Part shown: positions 1 to 14,236 of the stretch, one piece after another
Layout of the letters: every line of letters starts with the position of its first letter
Numbering within the stretch: the stretch's first letter is position 1
Assembly (NCBI RefSeq): GCF_009914755.1
Contig: NC_060939.1
DNA from: the human T2T-CHM13v2.0 reference genome, Homo sapiens
Reading direction: 5' to 3' (one strand)
DNA: 64,000 bases
Notes under the pieces: model-generated
Told to the model about the DNA's origin: nothing
The model's database searches: none
What the model saw: the letters and a program-made list of their open reading frames with translations, nothing else
Made by a program: the position numbers and the translations under genes

Positions 1-157
<157 letters not shown>

Positions 158-324
158 ACTAGCCACGTGGTCTTGTACGAAGAGGCAGGTGTTGTGTGCC
201 ACTCATCCAAGGGAAGCTCTATGTCAGGTGCCAGTCCTCATGATGGACAGGAATCTTTAGCTGGCTTTATTAAGAAAAATAAGAATTCCATGTTTATTTC
301 AGATAATGTTTTCTCTCTTTGCAA

Positions 325-1135
<811 letters not shown>

Positions 1136-1157
1136 TGTTTGCTTTGCTTTTCCTAGT

Positions 1158-1545
1158 GCATTCATTTATTGAGTAAATAGTTACTGAGCATCACTGCGGG
1201 CCAGGCTCTGGCTCAGGCCCTAGGGGTGAGAGCAGAAATAAGACAAGCAAGGTGTGTTAGAGGGAGAGGAGCAGTTGTTTTGGATGGTCTCTAAAGAGTC
1301 GACATTTCAGCGAGGGCTTGAAGGATGAGAGCAAGGCCAACAGGTAAAAGGCGCCTACTCCATGCGAGGGGAAGAGCATGCACAGGAGCACTCACAGAAA
1401 TTGCTGGTGGCTCAAGAGTGGCCTGGTGAGCGCAGAGTGACCAGCTGTTGGCTAGACCCTATCCAAGCTGAGGAAGTCATGGCCTGGGACATTTAACTTC
1501 TCATTGTTGGAGTCAGGAGGAAGGGCTGTATCTGTCTGTACTTTT
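1158..1545 (-). mobile_element. L2 fragment
   Basis: ttcatttattgagtaaatagttactgagcatcactg...ccaggc resembles the reverse complement of the L2 3' end. Confidence 0.6.
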
Positions 1546-1550
1546 AACTA

Positions 1551-1876
1551 GGCTGGGCGTGGTGGCTCACGCCTGTAATCCCAGCACTTTGGGAGGCTGA
1601 GGCAGGTGGATCACGAGACCAGCCTGGCCGATATGGTGAAACCCCGTCTCTACTAAAAATACAAAATACAAAATACAAAAATTAGCCGGGCGTGGTGGCG
1701 GGTGCCTGTAGTCCCAGCTACTTGGGGGCTGAGGCAGGAGAATTGCTTGAACCCGGGAGGCGGAGGTTGCAGTGAGCCGAGATTGCGCCACTGCGCTGCA
1801 GCCTGGGTGACAAAGCAAGACTCTGTCTCAAAAACATAAATAAATAAACATAAAAAATCAATAAATAAAAATAATA
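1551..1876 (+). mobile_element. AluS with internal deletion and expanded linker
   Basis: ggctgggcgtggtggctcacgcc start; ggatcacgag|accagcc deletion; (tacaaaa)3 linker; A-rich tail. Confidence 0.95.
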
Positions 1877-3200
1877 AACTAAATGATGGAAGAAGGAGCA
1901 CCAGTGTGGGCTGCTTCACAGAAGCCCCCAGGAGAGGACCAGGAAACATGTACTTTGCTTTGTGCTGTCCACAGTTGGCCCCCTGCCTGGGTCTTCTGAA
2001 AGGCCCGTGGGCTGTCCACTTGAGGAAACTGGCTGGACACATTGTTAGGGCCATCTGTTTTGGAAACCAGCACTACTCTTGGGTTCCTGGTTTTTAACCA
2101 GTGATTCATCTTCCCTGGACCCTCAGGGTCCAGATTCCCAGGCTGAGAGTGTGCCAGGCATGTTAGCATCTTGGGGATGGAGGGAAGTCTGGTTAGCCAG
2201 AGGGGACCCCTGTTTTTAGGAGACAAGTGAGGTAGTGCTATAGGCTGAATAATGAGAGACCAGAGCTGGAGGAAATGGCCTGGCGCTGTGGGTGTGGCTC
2301 TTGCCAGCTGGGCTCTGGGCTTCCCTTCCGGAACCAGAACCAGTGTGGTGTGAGGCTCTGGTGGGAATGAGACCCACATGCAGGCTGGACAGCATCCTCT
2401 GGCCATTTCTCTTTCCCTCGTTCATTGCCTTGTGTCTCATCTTTAATGAAAATGCCCTTGTTAGGAAATTGTCTGGTTCTGGGGAAAATCTCTCCTGACC
2501 GCACAGCTGCCACCCCCATAGGGAGGAGGATGTGGAAGGAGACACTAAGGACAGCGCCAAACTCTCTAGAGCTCCCTCTTTGCTGAGCAGCTGGCTGATG
2601 GCCGTGGCCACGGGGGTACTTATTCCCCGTCAGAGTAGGGGTGCCTCTTGCCTTTCCCCCAACCCCCCTGCCTCTGGCAGCCCTTTTCTGAACTTCTTTG
2701 GATGTTTTTCTAGTGTATATTTTCACCCTCTAATTTTATTAGTGAGGAAAGAAGATAAAAGGCTCTTGTGTCTTTCATGAAGCTCTTGAAACTGTCCCTC
2801 TTACAGAGCAAGGCTACAGCCACCCACTGACTTCCCACTTTCTGACCGTCCGCCCACCTCTGTGTTCCCTTCTGGATCTCTTCCTCCCTTCAAAAGTCAA
2901 ACTGCAGTTCTGTGTTTTGGATATGAGTGGTGAGAACCGTTGTTGTTAATTGACAGGTCTTTAATTCCTGATTGATTTCTCTATTTCACTTAGCTTGTAA
3001 ATCTGAAATGATGTAGAAAGCATAAAAGTTTGATTCTAGGGAAGCCTAGCCACCAAGAAGGTACCTTGTTTCCATGTTACCTTTGTTAATGCGATGTGAG
3101 TGCATTTTTAAGAGTTAATCTGGAGAAATGTAAATGAAAACCACAATGAGATACCATCTCACGCCAGTTAGAATGGCGATCATTAAAAAGTCAGGAAACA

Positions 3201-3587
<387 letters not shown>

Positions 3588-3646
3588 TCAACCATTGTGG
3601 AAGACAGTGTGGCAATTCCTCAAGGATCTAGAACTAGAAATAGCAT

Positions 3647-3964
3647 TTGACTCAGCAATCCCATCACTGGGTATATGCAAAGGATTATAAATCATGCTAC
3701 TATGAAGACACACACAAACGTGTGTTTATTGTGGCACTATTCACAATAGCAAAGACTTGGAACCAACCCAAATGTCTATCAGTGATGGACTGGATTAAGA
3801 AAATGTGGCACATATACACCATGGAATACTATGCAGCCATAAAAAAGGATGAGTTCATGTCCTTTGCAGGGACATGGATGAAGCTGGAAACCATCATTCT
3901 CAGCAAACTATCGCAAGGACAGAAAACCAAACACTACATGTTCTCACTCATAGGTGGGAATTGA
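3647..3964 (+). pseudogene. LINE-1 ORF2p C-terminal remnant (non-functional)
   Basis: Translation ALFTIAKTWNQPKC...WIKKMWHIYTMEYYAAIKKDEFMSFAGTWMKLETIILSKLSQ...MFSLIGGN matches the L1 ORF2p C-terminus; element is truncated and Alu-disrupted. Confidence 0.92.
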
Positions 3965-5931
3965 ACAATGAGAACACTTGGACACAGGAAGGGGAACATC
4001 ACACACTGGGGCCTGTTGTGGGATCGGGGGAGTGGGGAGGGATAGCATTAGGAGAAATACCTAACGTAAATGATGAGTTGATGAGTGCAGCAAACCAACA
4101 TAACACATGTATACCTATATATCAAACCTGCAGATTGTGCACATGTACCCTAGAACTTAAAGTATATTTAAAAAAAAAAAAGTTAATCTGACACCTGACT
4201 TGTGAGAGGTAATTAGCCAGAAGTGTTCTTCAGTCTACTAGGGTACCCAAATACTTTTTTTGCAATTAAATAATTGCAAAAAATTTTGGTGTTGTTGGGT
4301 GATGGATCACTTTTATTCTTGTTCATGTTAGCAGCCAGCTATCGGGCATTCTTGAAGTGCTCATTTTAAATGCAAATTCTTTGCACAATTAGGAGGAAAA
4401 TGAAATTGTTCTGGCTCCTAGCACTCACTCTGCATTTTTGCCATTCCTTCTGATGGCTGAGGGGAGGGCTCATGACTAAATCACTCAGCATCTTTATGAT
4501 GATTTCGGATTTGTACTTGCTGAGAGGAAACTTTGCCCCGGGATGTTAACCCTCTGTTGCCCATGGGCACTATGGGGGTGCATGTGTGATTACTCAGAGT
4601 TTTCAGTAGTCTTTTTTCCCCCCTTAAATGATCTTTAGATTTCCTCTCTCATTTGCTCTAATGGATAATGCATGTACTTGGGAAACTTGTGGTGAGCGCG
4701 TTTTTTTTTTTTTTTTTTTTTGGTTTTTGTTTTTAAGGCAAATGAAATATGCTAAGCCCTTTAGTTCTTCTACTTGGCAGCAGCAGTATGTGCTGTTTCC
4801 TTTTAGCCTTGGAAGATTCCTCTGGTTCTCTCTCTTTGCTGGGAGTTATCGCTTACTTTCCCGTTGGCCTAGCCCCCCTATCCCAGCTTGCCACCTGGAG
4901 AATCCGTGGCTTGGTGTGTGATAATGGGATTCCTGTGCGGTGCGGCTGGGGAAGTGGTTCTGTCTCCGACTCTTTCAGAGAACGAGTGTGATGATAATTG
5001 TATGGAGGCAGTGAAAACCGTAATCCTCTCCCCTAGTCAGGCCAGTTATATTCCTTTTCCTGAACGTGAACATTTTACATGTAAAACAGTCCCTGTGTTC
5101 TGTCGTTCTCGAAACTGTCGGGTTATGTGTGGAGGGGTTTAGCCTCTCAGCTAAGTTGTTGTCTTCCATGGAGCTGTGTAAACAGCTGGAGCCAATGGAG
5201 AAGGTTTTGGGAATGGCAAGGTGGTAGCACATTTTCTCTATCCATGAAACAGTGGCTTTAATACTAAGTCTGTCCCCTAAGATGGGGTAGTGAGCTGATT
5301 TTATGGTTGCAAAGTATTATGAAAATGGAAAATTCTTACATGTACATTGAATGCAGTTGCAGCTGTGCTGTTTTTAAATTTTATTGTAAAGCATTTTTTT
5401 TTCTCTTCTGTTTATGCATTTCTGCAGAGCAGAACATAGAATTGGAAATGAAGCTTCCATGTCTGTCCTTAGTTTGTTGGCTGAATAGAATCATAGGTTT
5501 TAGGATTGGAAGGAGTTTGTAGAGTCCAGGAACTCCTTGTGTCTCATTCCTGTGGAGTAGGAGGTCGCGAGGGACTGGCGTGGTGGCTGGTGATAAGGAG
5601 AAAGCAGTTGCTTTTAGCATTGCTCCCTTTTCCAGAGGAAATATGATGGGGCTTTGAGAGAACTGGTGGGAAATGCCCCCTGATCAGGGGAGGTATGATG
5701 AGAGGCAGCGGCTGCCAGCCTGGAGAGCAGCCGTACTTTAAGCCCTGAATAATTAATGGTTGAACTCAGTCTAGGGGTTGCAAAACCTCCGAAACAGGCC
5801 AACCTCTCTGTTTAGTGACAATGAACCAGAGACCCAGGAAGGTCCGGTGGTATGTCTGGACCGAGGAGCCTATCAGAGAACGAACTAGGACTCGTGACTT
5901 TGTTCTAGTCTTCTTCCTGCTTCCTACATTT

Positions 5932-6156
5932 TAGGCTTTCTCAGTCCTCAGCACTGTTGCCGTTTGGGGCTGGATGATTCTTTGTTGTGCGGGGCTGGCC
6001 TGTGCATCGTAGGGTGTTCAGCAGCATCCCTGGCCTCTCTACCCAGTAGGTGCCACTAGCATCCCCACCCCCTTTCAGGTGTGACAGCCAAAAACGTCTC
6101 CAGACATTGCCAAATGTTCCCTGTGGGGTGAAATTGCTCCTTGTTGAGAACCGTTG
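5932..6156 (-). mobile_element. MER20 (hAT-Charlie MITE), near full length
   Basis: cagcagcatccctggcctct...ctccagacattgccaaatgttccc...ttgagaacc matches the MER20 reverse complement. Confidence 0.92.
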
Positions 6157-7004
6157 CTTTAGAGGACTTATGATGCCCCTGGGAATTTGTAAACACAGCT
6201 TTTATATTAGCATGATCCCTTTTCTCCTTTTGCTTTGGAATATAAAATGCACAGCTGAGATATTTAGTATTTACTGTAGCCCTTCCAGTAGGTAACACTG
6301 GCTGAAAGCCTGTTGATAGGAAAGTGGTCAACACAGTTCTGTATTAAACCGCCTTGTGTTTGGGTTGACAGTTTTCCCCTAAGGAGATTTGATTTTGGTT
6401 TTATTTTCAGATTTGGGATGCTGATGATACTGACTCTGACCTTGTCTCCACTAAGCAGCTTGTACTTTTAATTTTTGCAAATGGCTGTGAATGGGGACAA
6501 ACTGCCCAGTGGGTGGGGAAGTTGTCAAAATATTCCAAAAGCCAATGAGATTTCAGCATTCTGAAAGCCAGTGAAGAATTAGCCCTCCGTTTTGTGAGCC
6601 TTGCCTCAAGCTTGGGGGAGGACACTCACCAAACTAAACCTCCCTCAATATAGAGATGTGTGGGCAGATTTTAAAGTTGACCATTGCCTTATGAGTTACG
6701 GAATGGCTGTGGGTGCCTGTGAACTGGATGGATGTAAAGTGGCAAAGAGCCCCATACCAGGAGGCCGGAGTCCTGGGTTCTGTGCCTTGGCCTGCCTCCA
6801 AGTCTTTTGGTCAGGTCACCAAACATAATTGAGCAGTAGGTTATTGTCTGTAGGAGAAGGAGAGAGACAAAATTTTTGCTTCCCAGATAGGGGTGAAGTG
6901 CTAAGTGGTGAGCCTGGATTTGTGAAACCACAGGATAAACCTAAGATATCTTATTGGAGCCTTAATTTTACTCAGGTAATATGGAAGACAAGAGATTATT
7001 TTAA

Positions 7005-7287
7005 GGCCGGCTGTGGTGGCTCACGCCTGTAATCCCAGCACTTTGGGAGGTCGAGGTGGGTGGATCACCTGAGGTCAGGAGTTCGAGACCAGCCCGGCCA
7101 ACATGGCAAAACCTCGTCTCTACTAAAAATACGAAATTAGCCGTGCATGGTGGTGCACGCCTGTAATCCCAGCTACTCGAGAGACTGAGGCAGGAGAATC
7201 GCCAAGAGGTAGAGGTTGCGGTGAGCTGAGATTGCGCCATTGCACTCCAGCCTGGGTGACAGAGTGAGACTCTGTCTCAAAAAAAAA
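7005..7287 (+). mobile_element. AluSx-like
   Basis: Dimer with ggatcacctgaggtcaggagttcgagacc; short poly-A. Confidence 0.95.
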
Positions 7288-7700
7288 TTAGTGTGAAAAA
7301 AAGCATGCACATATTGAATAATTGCAAAATTTGCATGACATGAATTTAAGCTAGAACACAGAACTTCATAAAGGAAGGAAACCTCAGACTTGCTGTGAAT
7401 GGCTTCCCTAGTGTCAGGTGGCCCACCCCTTTAGTCCTTTGTGGAGTTTTGGCCAGATAATTTTATAATCCCTGCGGGGCCAGATCTCCAAAGTTCCTTC
7501 TGCATCTAAAATTTCTGGTTGGAGCAGAAAAGACACATCCTTGGCATAGTCTTGGGTAAGTTCACACACTTATCACCAGGCAGAGCCTTAGAAAGAATAA
7601 ACAACAATAATAAAGGTTGTCTAGCTTTTAATAATCCAGACCCTTAAGTTTTCCTTCCATCCTTTTGGTGTAAATTGGAAAGCTGTTGCGAAGGCTTAAA

Positions 7701-7751
7701 TAAATTTAATTTATTAAATAAATTTTTAAATTTAATTTATTAAATAAATTT
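7701..7751. repeat. AT-only tandem duplication, period 26
   Basis: taaatttaatttattaaataaattt at 7701-7725 and 7727-7751. Confidence 0.9.
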
Positions 7752-8056
7752 CCAAAATAAATTTTGGAGCAGGCCTCATTTTGGTGTGGGACCCTCAGAG
7801 CTTAAGCATTGCCACCTAAGAGTTGACCTAAACTAGGAAATGAGCCAGAGGGTATAGCATGCTGATTTAAACTTCTTTGAAATGCCTGCAACAGAATGAT
7901 GACAAGGGTGTTGGCTGTGGGGTCCATGTGAAAGTTAAATTACTGACATCCCCTGCACAGCTGGGATTTACTAAGCTGGGGAAAGTTAAGATGTTAAGAC
8001 ACTCCAGCCAGTCAGTTTTCATTTCTGAAATTATTTAATGTTACAAAGGAGTTGTC

Positions 8057-8436
<380 letters not shown>

Positions 8437-9510
8437 TCAAAGGCTTCAGACAGGGATGCTCATTTCCATGCTGTTTTCTTGAGAGAGATAAGGCCAGGGC
8501 CTGGCAGGTGAGCAGAAGAACACCTACGAATACAGCAATTGCCCAGAAAACGGCTGCTGTAACCATTTGTCAACAATTTACCCTATGTGAGATGACTTTT
8601 CTATATGATGTAATAAAGATAATTTACAATGTTTTCGTGAAGGCAGGAGTAGGTGGTAGAGGGGGTTTTTCTTTGTCTTTTCTTGGCGTGTAATTGAAAC
8701 AGAGCTTGGACTAAATGAGAAACATTTGTGTTGGAAAAAAGATTCCAGAAGCTTCTTGACTAGAGTCAAAAATTGCTTCCTTGTTTTATTGTGAGCATGT
8801 AAGCAGACTTCTCATCTAAGACAAGTGTTAAGAACATTGCCATTTCTGTCTGTTCATGAGCAGATGCATTTTCTGACCTAGGGAACTGTCTACATTGTAG
8901 ACCAGATAGCACACACAGTGAATCAGAAGACAAAGTGTGTGAGTTGATCTGTCTCAAAAGAAATACATGGCTTTTGTGTGGATTTATAAATTCAGTCCCT
9001 TTCACAATGCTGCTTACCCAAAAGCTGTTCTTTATAAAGAAAAGTGTGCCCGTGCATTTTGAAGTCCCAAGCTTTTTTAAATTGGCCCCAGAGGAATGCT
9101 GGAGTTTGCAGAGGAAGACTAGTTGTTCTGCCATTGGGAAATAGGGCCTGAATGGATGGAGCAATGTGACTGAATACTTTGTGTTGGTGGAGTGTGCAAA
9201 GAAAAACTCTCCTCTTGTTCAGGCTGCTTGTGTGCTTGGCTTGATTCTGGAGTTGGCACTCTTGAGAGCCACCCACAAGCACCCTTAAAGCACTAACACA
9301 CAGGCAATTCCTAAGTGGATGCCTAATGAAGGAAATATTTTAATCCCTTTGCTCTTACTGGCTCTCTTCTAGCTAAAGTCTGGTAGTTTAAAAAAGCAAA
9401 AGCCAAATTAAGAATACAGAACCCACTCCTCAATATGTCACCTTCTTCAAAAGTAAAACATCCCGGTGGATTTTGCCATCTTTCCTGAGCTCAAAATGGG
9501 CATGGCTCTT

Positions 9511-9572
9511 GCGTGTGGGTGTGTGTTTGTGTGGGGGTGTGTGTGTGAGAGAGAGAGCGAGAGAGAGAGCGC
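9511..9572. repeat. Imperfect (GT)n(GA)n microsatellite
   Basis: Direct reading. Confidence 0.85.
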
Positions 9573-10652
9573 ATGCACATGTAAGTCCAGCATTCTTCGT
9601 GATTGACTCAAAACAATAGCTTTATAGGGAAACCATTGCTAAGAGCTCAGGAAAAGTAAAGGCCTGCCAATTCCAGAAGGACAAAGGGTTTCAGCAACTA
9701 ACATGGGAACAAAATGATCTCATGCCCCTTTCCCACTGAGACTGCACATAAGTGGGATCCTTCCCAAATTCTGAGGGCTCACTTATAGACACAGTCAGTG
9801 TTTCCAACCTATGGGACCCATTCGGGAGGATGGCCAAACCAGGAAACAGATTCCAGAGGTAGCTCTTTGATGTTTAACCCAGACAGTCAACCGACCCGGG
9901 CTCCTCAGCCAAGGAGGGGCTGAAACTCTTCAGTGAGGAAAACGAGACCCTGGCTTATGCTCAGGCATTAGTCACTACATCCAATGGCGAGTTCCCTTAA
10001 GTCAAAGGCCTGGGCCAGGGCTGACAGTGGACCTTTGATAACAGCTCTGCATCTCTGGGGTGCTAGGCTGCCAAACTTGAATTCCTAGTGATTCACACTA
10101 GCTGGCCCTTCACAGGCCTCAGAGAGCACGGGCAGGAAGAGGCCACAGGCTCCAGGCCTCCTGATGCCCCTGCCCCCAGCAGCCCTAAGAGTGGCCTGGA
10201 GCAGGTGCTGGGCAGGTGAGAATGGTATGCAGTTCTCAAGTGGCAGGTGAGATCCGCATGCAGGAGCTCTGGGACAGCCCCCAGCCACTGCCTTTGTTAC
10301 CCACCGAGCCAGTGCAGGCACTGTGCTGGGAGAGAAAGGTGGGGGCATCTTTGAAGGTCTAAAAGTTTGGTGACACTTCCCTGCAGACAATAGTAGTTGT
10401 ACTTTCAGTATCCTTGGAGAGAGAACATATCAAGACAAAAAGGCTATCGAGGCAATTCATATTTCATTAGTCATAGTAGGCCTTATGTACATTTTAAACG
10501 TAGCAAAATATAATTCTGGGACATTGCTAATTTGTTCTATAGACAATACTTGACATATATATGAAGAAGCTCTTGAATATCTGACACAACATGATAAAAC
10601 TCCTCTGTTTTGCTCCAAACTGGGGTTAGGGTGGGGGTAAAAACAAACACAA

Positions 10653-10950
10653 GGCTGGGCATGTGTGGCTTACACCTGTAATCCCAGCACTTTGGGAGGC
10701 TGAGGCAGGAGGATGGCTTGAGCCCAGAAGTTCCAGAAGAGCCTGAGCAACATGGTGAAACTCTGCCTCTACAAAAAATTAGCTGGGCATGATGGCGTGT
10801 GCCTGTAGTCCCAGCTACTCGGGGGACTGAGAGGTGGGAGGATCACTTGAGCCCAGGAGGTCGAGGTCGAGGCTGCAGTGAGCCGAGATCATGCTGCTGC
10901 ACTCCAGCCTGGGCAACAGAACGTGATCCTTCCTCAAAACAAAACACAAA
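10653..10950 (+). mobile_element. AluJ
   Basis: J diagnostics ggaggatggcttgagccc and ggaggatcacttgagcccaggagg; 6-bp duplication gtcgag; TSD-like aaaacaaa(a)cacaa. Confidence 0.92.
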
Positions 10951-11574
10951 ATTGTTGCCATACTTAGGGGCAGTGCTGTTTGTAAGAAGCTTTAGGTCAT
11001 ATATGAAGATAAGAGTATGTTTTTGAAATAAGCTATAACCTGCGTCACCTCCTGAGTTTGGGTGTGCTCCAGTGTGCTACCCCAGCCGCACCCTGTATGT
11101 GCCTTTCCTGCATCTTTGCATGGCCCTTACAGGGAAGTCCCCTCCACTGGCCCCTTCATACTGCTCTAGGATTTTCTGTTCCCTTGTCTCTGTCAAACAA
11201 GAGTTCCCTGAGGGCAAGAACTACCCTTTTCTGCTGACACCCCAGCCCCTTATCTGGGGCCTGGCACCCAAGAGTCATGCTATGGAGGATCTGGAGGTAA
11301 CTGAGATGAAAGATAAGAGTTGGTTTGGGGAAGGGTGAGGTTGGCCCTTTCACATTCGGGTTTGAAAACTCAGGACTGTAATAAAGACACAAGACAAATT
11401 CAGTAGTCTTCCCAAAGGCTGCAGGCAGGTGCACAGCCCAGCCTCCCTCATCAGTCAGTCAGATGGCAGCAGGAGGAATGGGGGGCAGAGGCAGAGGGAT
11501 TCCTTCTTTCTTGCGCCTTTCTGCCCAGCTCGCAGTGGTGCATTTCCTGCCTCCTTTCTTCCTTCTCCCCTGCG

Positions 11575-12075
11575 CTTGACATTCTCCACTGCATTCAGAA
11601 TAAAGTTCCAATATCTTACCTTGGGATAGGAGGCCCGTCAGACTTAGATGCTCACCTGATTTCCCCTGATTCAGCTCCTGTTCCCACCTTTCCCATGCAC
11701 CCACCCCCATGAGTCAGTCCCAAGGACTGATGTCTGGGAATCTCCTCACCCCACCACCTCCTGCATTGTATTCACCCACTTTGGGGTCTGTGTGCAAGTC
11801 ATTTTTTCCAGGACCCCTCCCCACACCACCTATCTGATAGATCTCTTTCTTCCCCCAAACCCAGATCACATGCTCCCAGCCTTCGAGATGACTCCTTATA
11901 TCTTCCTCATCTTTGTCCCATGGGGAGAACCCTCATGCCAGAGGGCTCCTTCTGTGTGCCTTTCACCCACGCTAGTGTGAGTTCCTGATAGGCAGGGATG
12001 CGGCTCCCTTCGCCTCTGGACCCTAGACAGCATCTGGCACGAAGCTTAGCAAACAGTGAGGACTCAAGTAGGTAC
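11575..12075 (+). mobile_element. L2 fragments
   Basis: ccactgcattcagaataaagttccaa and 3'-end motif tgagttcctgataggcagggat...ctggcac. Confidence 0.55.
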
Positions 12076-12944
12076 TTCTCCCGTGCTTCAGCCCTGCACT
12101 GAGTATGGGGTGTGGGCCATCCAAAACTGGGTTCAAATGTTGCTTGATGTCATGGTGTCAATTTTTGGCTATTGTAACTAAAACATAAAAATGACAGCTT
12201 TGTTTACTAGTGAGATTTACCAAAAAAAAGTTTTTTTGGATGACATACTCTTGTTCAAATGATTAGGAAAGGAGTGTGCCTTCCTTATTTGGTCAAAATA
12301 GTAGTGGTGAGTGTGGGAAGGGTTAGGAATTGAGACACACTGATCATGCCCCTATAGCCTTTACCTATTTCTCCGACCGACGGATGACTTGAGCATTCGT
12401 TGAATGAGCAGAATTCCCCTGAGGAAGGTAAACTGACTGTGAGTGAGGTGCTTGGAGGAGGAGAGGCAAGGAAGCCAGGCCTCTGTGTGCAGCTGAGGAA
12501 GGGGGTGGCCCAGGGTTCCTCCTAAGTCTGTGGCCATGTCTGGTTCTTTGCTCCTTTCTTAGCTGTCAAAGGTGCCTTAATGAGACTGTTCCTGGTCACA
12601 GAATGTGCCACAGGAAATAGGCCTGCAGGGTGTGTAAGAGGAAAGACCAGTGGGTTTGCAGAAACCTGACACTGGCTTTTCCCAGACTGGGAGGCAGCCT
12701 CAGAGGTCAGCGTGGCATTAGCCCAGAGCACAGGACTGTCCCAGGGCGTAGACTTTTAAAAATGAAAGTGTATTTATAGATGGTGGCCCTGGGGACAGAA
12801 CTTTCAACTGTTCCTTGTCAGGCCCCACCCCTTCACAGCACTGGGCTCACTTCAGTTTTATTGGTGTGTCTTAAAATGGGATTGGGAATAACACTGAGAA
12901 TAATGCTTGGAGGTCCCTGTCACTAACACAAAACTGTCTTTTTT

Positions 12945-13185
12945 TTTTTTTAAGTGCTCGATTTCCATATACATACAGAAGAGTATGCAAAATGTAGGTG
13001 TAATTTAAAGAGTAACATGAACATCTGCGGAGCCAACAACCAGGTTACAAATACCTTAGAAGTCCTTCCCATCTCAACTTTTAACTGATCTTTGCTTTTC
13101 GTAGTTGCACTACCTATGTATGTGTTCCTAAACAATGTATGCTTTTGCTTATTATTCTTATTTTGAAAAATTGAGTACGGAGCAC
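12945..13185 (-). mobile_element. Old L1M 3' fragment
   Basis: Poly-T followed by atatacatacagaagagtatgc...gtgttcctaaacaatgtat. Confidence 0.55.
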
Positions 13186-13387
13186 AAACCTGTGTTTGTA
13201 AGGGAAGGTTCCTACTGAAAACTATTAAGTGAAGAATCCTAGCAGAAGCAGAGGGCTTCAATAGTTGTGTGAGCTCAAAGGTCATACTTCTCTTTCATCA
13301 GTGCTACAAGAAGCCGGTTTCCTCACTGGATCCTGCTCTTCCTGTGCATCCCTTTGTAATTAGGGTTGCCATTCACAACTGCATTTA

Positions 13388-13738
<351 letters not shown>

Positions 13739-13772
13739 TTATAAAAGAGGATTCCTTTTAACATGTTAATTT

Positions 13773-13910
13773 AGCAGGGGTCCTAAACCTGAGGTTCAGA
13801 AAAGAAATTTCAGAGGGCTCATGAATCCTTGAAACTGAAGGCATAATTGTCTCTATGTTCTCCTTTTTGAGTGAAAGCATCTATCATTCTCAGAGGAATT
13901 TGTCATCCCT
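13773..13910 (+). mobile_element. MER103C-like hAT MITE fragment
   Basis: caggggtcctaaacctgagg...ttcagagggctcatgaatccttgaaa...attctcagagg resembles MER103C. Confidence 0.55.
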
Positions 13911-13952
13911 TCTCCACCCCTTTTTCACTCAGTAAGAATAAGGGATAATATG

Positions 13953-14236
13953 GGCCAGTCTTGGTGGCACATGCCTATAATCCCAGTGCTTTGGGAGGCT
14001 GAGGTGAGAGGATTGCTTGAGCCTGGGGGTTTGAGACCAACATAGTCAGACCCTGTCTCTACAAAAAATAAAATAATAAAATAATTAGCCAGGTGTGGCA
14101 GTGCATGCCTGTAGTCCTAGCTACTCGGGAGGCTGAGATGGGAGGATCACTTGAGCCAGGAGTTTGAGGCCGCAGTGAGCTATGATTGCACCATTGTCCT
14201 CCAGCCAGGACGGGAGAGTGAGACCCTGTCTCAAAA
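13953..14236 (+). mobile_element. AluJ
   Basis: J diagnostics; TSD aagaataagg(g/a)ataat(a/g)tg starting at 13934 and 14237. Confidence 0.93.

Noticed and set aside
1879-2780. Cluster of 130-175 aa ORFs in GC-richer DNA
   Set aside because: They overlap on both strands, have no recognisable domain or splice structure, and fit stop-codon scarcity
11132-11141. Isolated kappa-B match GGGAAGTCCC, plus scattered octamer and AP-1 motifs elsewhere
   Set aside because: Single short motifs at chance frequency, without supporting context
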